From Octopus sinensis (taxonomy: Eukaryota), in contig NW_021826787.1 of the NCBI RefSeq assembly GCF_006345805.1, positions 1 through 12,002 of the forward strand: a DNA stretch of 12,002 nucleotides. Reading direction: 5' to 3'. The notes beneath the pieces are model-generated. The model worked only from the letters and a program-made list of their open reading frames with translations. It had not been told where the DNA came from and did no database searches. Position numbers and translations under genes: made by a program. Numbering within the stretch: the first letter of the stretch is position 1; each line of letters opens with the position of its first letter. Positions 8,695-12,002 of this stretch are shown piece after piece.

Positions 8695-8945
8695 GTGGAA
8701 TCGCGTGGCTTAGTGGTTAGAGTGTTGGACTCATGATCGTGAGGTTGTGGTTTCCATTATTGGATCGGGCGACGCGTTGTGTCCTGAAGCAAAACACTTC
8801 ATTTCACGTTGCTCCAGTCCACGGAGATGGCAGAAACGAGTAATCCTGCGACAGACCAGCGTCCCATTCCAGAGGGGAGGGGAGAAATTTATGGGTCACG
8901 GAAACCGAGAAACGGGCTCTATGTGTTTATATGACTCAGGAAGGA
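8695..8945 (+). mobile_element. tRNA-headed SINE with CORE/Meta-like central motif
   Basis: A box TGGCTTAGTGG 8706-8716, degenerate B box about 8749-8759, ttgtgtcctgaagcaaaacactt 8777-8799 (resembles the TGTGxCCTTGRGCAAGxCACTT central motif); end coordinates approximate. Confidence 0.75.
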
Positions 8946-8961
8946 TCTACCGTACTGGGGA

Positions 8962-9147
8962 CGAAGGGGTGCTGTAAAGTTCTTGGCCTTAAGGCTATCG
9001 CGAAAGCTCTGACTGAAGGCCCAACCTTCCGTGTTCTTTTACAAGGCTTACAAAACCCGAAGGATTGCAGCAATTTTATGTTGAATAAAATCTTAATTAA
9101 CTGATCCTCTTTTACCTAAAGCCAGGAACTTTTCAGTACACCGTTCA
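8962..9147 (+). mobile_element. Mariner-derived MITE
   Basis: Imperfect TIRs cgaaggggtgctgtaaagttcttggcctt and (revcomp) tgaacggtgtactgaaaagttcctggcttt; TA at 9148-9149; internal QGLQNPKD..YVE* resembles a mariner transposase C-terminus. Confidence 0.75.
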
Positions 9148-9489
9148 TATGTCATGTTGGAAGCAGTCTGAAAAGAGGAGAGAGAGAGAGAGAGAGAGTG
9201 ACGATTGTGTTGAGATGGAGGGCTTTTGAAGAGGCAGAACAAGATCGACCATCTCTGAAAAGCAGAAGCCTCTACGGTAGCGGTAGAAAAGTCAGAGTGA
9301 GGACACAGCCCGTCAGTGGACCAGACACTGGAGTGTCTTGGAGAGCAACTTAATGTCTACCAGTTGGGGTTTATTTTGCTTTTCTTTTGGTTTAGTCTCA
9401 GATAGTTAGATATTTGGTAACAGAATCATTCTATATGCAGGGGCCACATTCTATGTTGAACTTGGTATCAGTTAGTAATTGTCGACAGC

Positions 9490-9696
9490 TAGAAGAAGGA
9501 AAAGAAGAAGAAGAAGAAGAAGAAGAAGAAGGAAAAGAAGAAGAAGAAGGAAAAGAAGAAGAAGAAGAAAAAGAAGAAGACCAAGAAGAAGAAGGAGAAG
9601 AAGAACAAGAAGAACAAGAACAAGAAGAAGAAGAACAAGAAGGAGAAGTAGAAGAAGAAGAAGAAGAAGAAGAAGAAGAAGAAGAAGAAGAAGAAT
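9490..9696. repeat. Compound (GAA)n polypurine array
   Basis: Directly visible. Confidence 0.95.
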
Positions 9697-10052
9697 TTTA
9701 AAATACATTTTGTAATATATCTTTTCCTGTAAATTATAAGTTTTTCTTAGGATTTTTCAAAACGTTCTTCATTTTATATATATCTGTCTGGCTAACTTCC
9801 TTCTTTTCTTACTTTTTTATCTTTTTCCCTTCTTATTCTTTCATTTTGTTTTCTTAAATTCGATTTTGGTCTCCTAGTTTTTCTGTCTTTAATTTCTGTT
9901 TTGTTGTTCTCGTTTTGTTCCCACAGTTCAATTTTTAAACATTATTTTGAATTTTCTTATCCAAATTTCATACAATGAGACTACTTTTGCTACGCATTTA
10001 TTGCTTAAACAATTCAATGGCTAAAAGTCTTTATCTTACATTGTGCAGGGCC

Positions 10053-10310
10053 AATATTAGATATACAGTGAGTCTATTCTATATCCTGTCAATTAGTACA
10101 TCATCTCTATCAGATAGTTCAACGTGGCTACTAAATAGTACAATATCTCTATTAACTAATACAATGGTTCTATCAGATTAGCTAGTATAGTGCATCTATC
10201 AGTCATGAAATGTTTCTAGTAGATATAAAACGGTTCTATTAGATAGTACAATGCTTGCTTAGGATTGTGTGCTATCTCGCAGACAGTACAGTTTCTCTAT
10301 TAGACTGAAT
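10053..10310. repeat. Old degenerate ~20-21 bp minisatellite (approx. TCTATTAGATAGTACAATGGT), about 12 units
   Basis: Recurrent tctat(t/c)aga..tagtaca units, e.g. tctatcagatagttcaacg, tctattagatagtacaatg, tctcgcagacagtacagtt. Confidence 0.7.
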
Positions 10311-10327
10311 ACCTGTATTATATATTA

Positions 10328-10696
10328 ATGGCCAGTGGTTAGGGCAGCGGTCGTAGGATCGCGGTTTCGATTCCCAGACCGGGCGTTGTGAGTGTTTATT
10401 GAGCGAAAACACCTAAAAGCTCCACGATGCTCCAGCAGGGGATGGTGGTGATCCCTGCTGTACTCTTTCACCACAACTTTCTCTCACTCTTACTTCCTGT
10501 TTCTGTTGTACCTGTATTTCAAAGGGGCCAGCCTTGTCACTCTCTGTGTCACGCTGAATATCCCCGAGAACTACATTAAGGGTACACGTGTCTGTGGAGT
10601 GCTCAGCCACTTACACGTTAATTTCACGAGCAGGCTGTTCCGTTGATCGCATCAACCGGATCCCTCGTCGTCGTAACCGACGGAGTGCTTCCATCC
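10328..10696 (+). mobile_element. tRNA-headed SINE (slightly 5'-truncated) with exact 11-bp TSD
   Basis: ATTATATATTA at 10317-10327 and 10697-10707; A-box remnant TGGCCAGTGG; B box GGTTTCGATTCC 10363-10374; 3' stem-loop CGTCG-taac-CGACG; shares its 3' module with 6741-6870. Confidence 0.88.
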
Positions 10697-11121
10697 ATTA
10701 TATATTACAGTGTACATTAGATTGTGTTGTCTCTTTATTAGATAAGACTAAAAAGTTATAAATTTCAGTGTTGATGCTAAACTCTGTGGACATTTAGATT
10801 CCTGCTAATGTATATAATAAACATTTGTCATCTTCCACGAAGGAAGTGTTATAAATGATAAGTGTTATAAATCCAGTTGATACTAAAACTAAGATTAAAG
10901 GCAGGAAGATGGACGTTGCATTTATAATCAAACATAAAAACATTCCATCAAAGTCAAGAATGAACATCGGTGTCTTGAAAAACCTTTGCATGACCACTCA
11001 ATCTGCTAAAAGAAACAGCCAAATCTTCCTAATTCAAAACACATCAAAACGCTATGCAAAAAGAATTATTCCATGATCCCTCACGTTAGTGGTTACTACC
11101 GGCATCTTGATTCATTTAGAT

Positions 11122-11215
11122 CAGGGATTTTTTTTAAAACCAGCTTTTAGCCTACGGATCCCTTTGATTCCTCTTTTACTCGGGTAGACCCTCATAAACA
11201 TTTGATGCTTTAAAA
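11122..11215 (+). mobile_element. Possible hAT/Charlie-like MITE end fragment
   Basis: TAGAT-CAGGG start and ggatccctttgattcc resemble recalled hAT-type MITE ends; no partner TIR found. Confidence 0.35.
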
Positions 11216-11234
11216 AAAATCCTATTGCATTTTT

Positions 11235-11441
11235 TCATCATCATCATCATCATCACCATCATCATTAACATCATCATCATCATCATCATCATCATCAACA
11301 TCATCATCATCATCACATCATCATCATCATCATCATCATCATCACCACCACCATCATCATCATCATCATCATCACCATCATCATCACATCATCATCGTCA
11401 TCATCATCATCACATCATCATCATCATCATCATCATCATCA
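11235..11441. repeat. (CAT)n array with CAC variants
   Basis: Directly visible. Confidence 0.95.
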
Positions 11442-11629
11442 TTATACTGTATAAAACCCAGAGTAACATTATAGAGAACTCCGAAATGATTTCTAGTATG
11501 TATTAGCATTCTATCATGTATTGACTGCGTGCGTTAACTGTATTTCCTGTCGTTTGTAAACATAAACTTATATATGCTTCAGTGGTGCATGTGCCTACAT
11601 GTGTGATATATATACATATATGCTCATAC

Positions 11630-11713
11630 ATGCACACATACATACATACATATATACATACATACATACATACATACATACATCATACATACATACATAC
11701 ATACATACATACA

Positions 11714-11742
<29 letters not shown>
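11630..11742. repeat. (TACA)n microsatellite
   Basis: Directly visible. Confidence 0.95.
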
Positions 11743-11744
<2 letters not shown>

Positions 11745-12002
11745 GTCCGACTTGTTAGAGATATCATCATGGTTTTACCTCACCTGTTGATACCTGTTTG
11801 AAATTTTACCTGAAGATGGTGAATTTTAAACCCTATTTGTTTTCTTTCTTTTATACCTACACCGCACCTACAACCAGCTCTGAATCTGATCAACGGTTTA
11901 AATTGGATTTGGTACTTACACATCTACAGTATTCTACCAACACCTGAGACCTTTTTGGCTGTTTTACCTGATTGTGAACCCTATGTTATGTACATAGCTA
12001 CT

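Noticed and set aside
9414-9715. Poly-Glu / poly-Arg / poly-Leu ORFs
   Set aside because: All Glu codons in the acidic tract are GAA and both strands are open, as expected for a (GAA)n microsatellite; no polypyrimidine acceptor or homology support
10794-11076. ORFs of 67-73 aa on both strands
   Set aside because: Lengths expected by chance; no recognisable family
11805-11835. CTGAAGA-T-GGT..ACC as hammerhead 5' half
   Set aside because: The required GAAA does not follow the putative stem II

Overview
Eukaryotic, AT-rich, non-coding DNA saturated with di-, tri- and tetranucleotide microsatellites and decayed transposable elements. The SINE types and microsatellite load resemble Octopus (coleoid cephalopod) genomic DNA; this is an inference from recalled repeat sequences, not a database search. 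No intact protein-coding gene is supported, and nearly all ORFs in the track are microsatellite read-throughs. Recognisable elements: a mariner transposase 3' remnant with TIR (2244-2562), a decayed R4/Dong-like reverse transcriptase fragment (3016-3514), several tRNA-headed SINEs (two with exact 11-bp TSDs), a mariner-derived MITE (8962-9147) and two degenerate minisatellites. The most notable signal is a set of minimal type-I hammerhead ribozyme motifs of the Penelope-associated, dimer-cleaving kind (4250-4290 +, 7012-7061 +, 7155-7200 -, 7478-7523 +). Two of them lie inside a composite element (tRNA/Pol III head, (AAT)n linker, hammerhead body) present as a head-to-head inverted pair at 7088-7620. 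All hammerhead copies here carry substitutions, and no activity is demonstrated.
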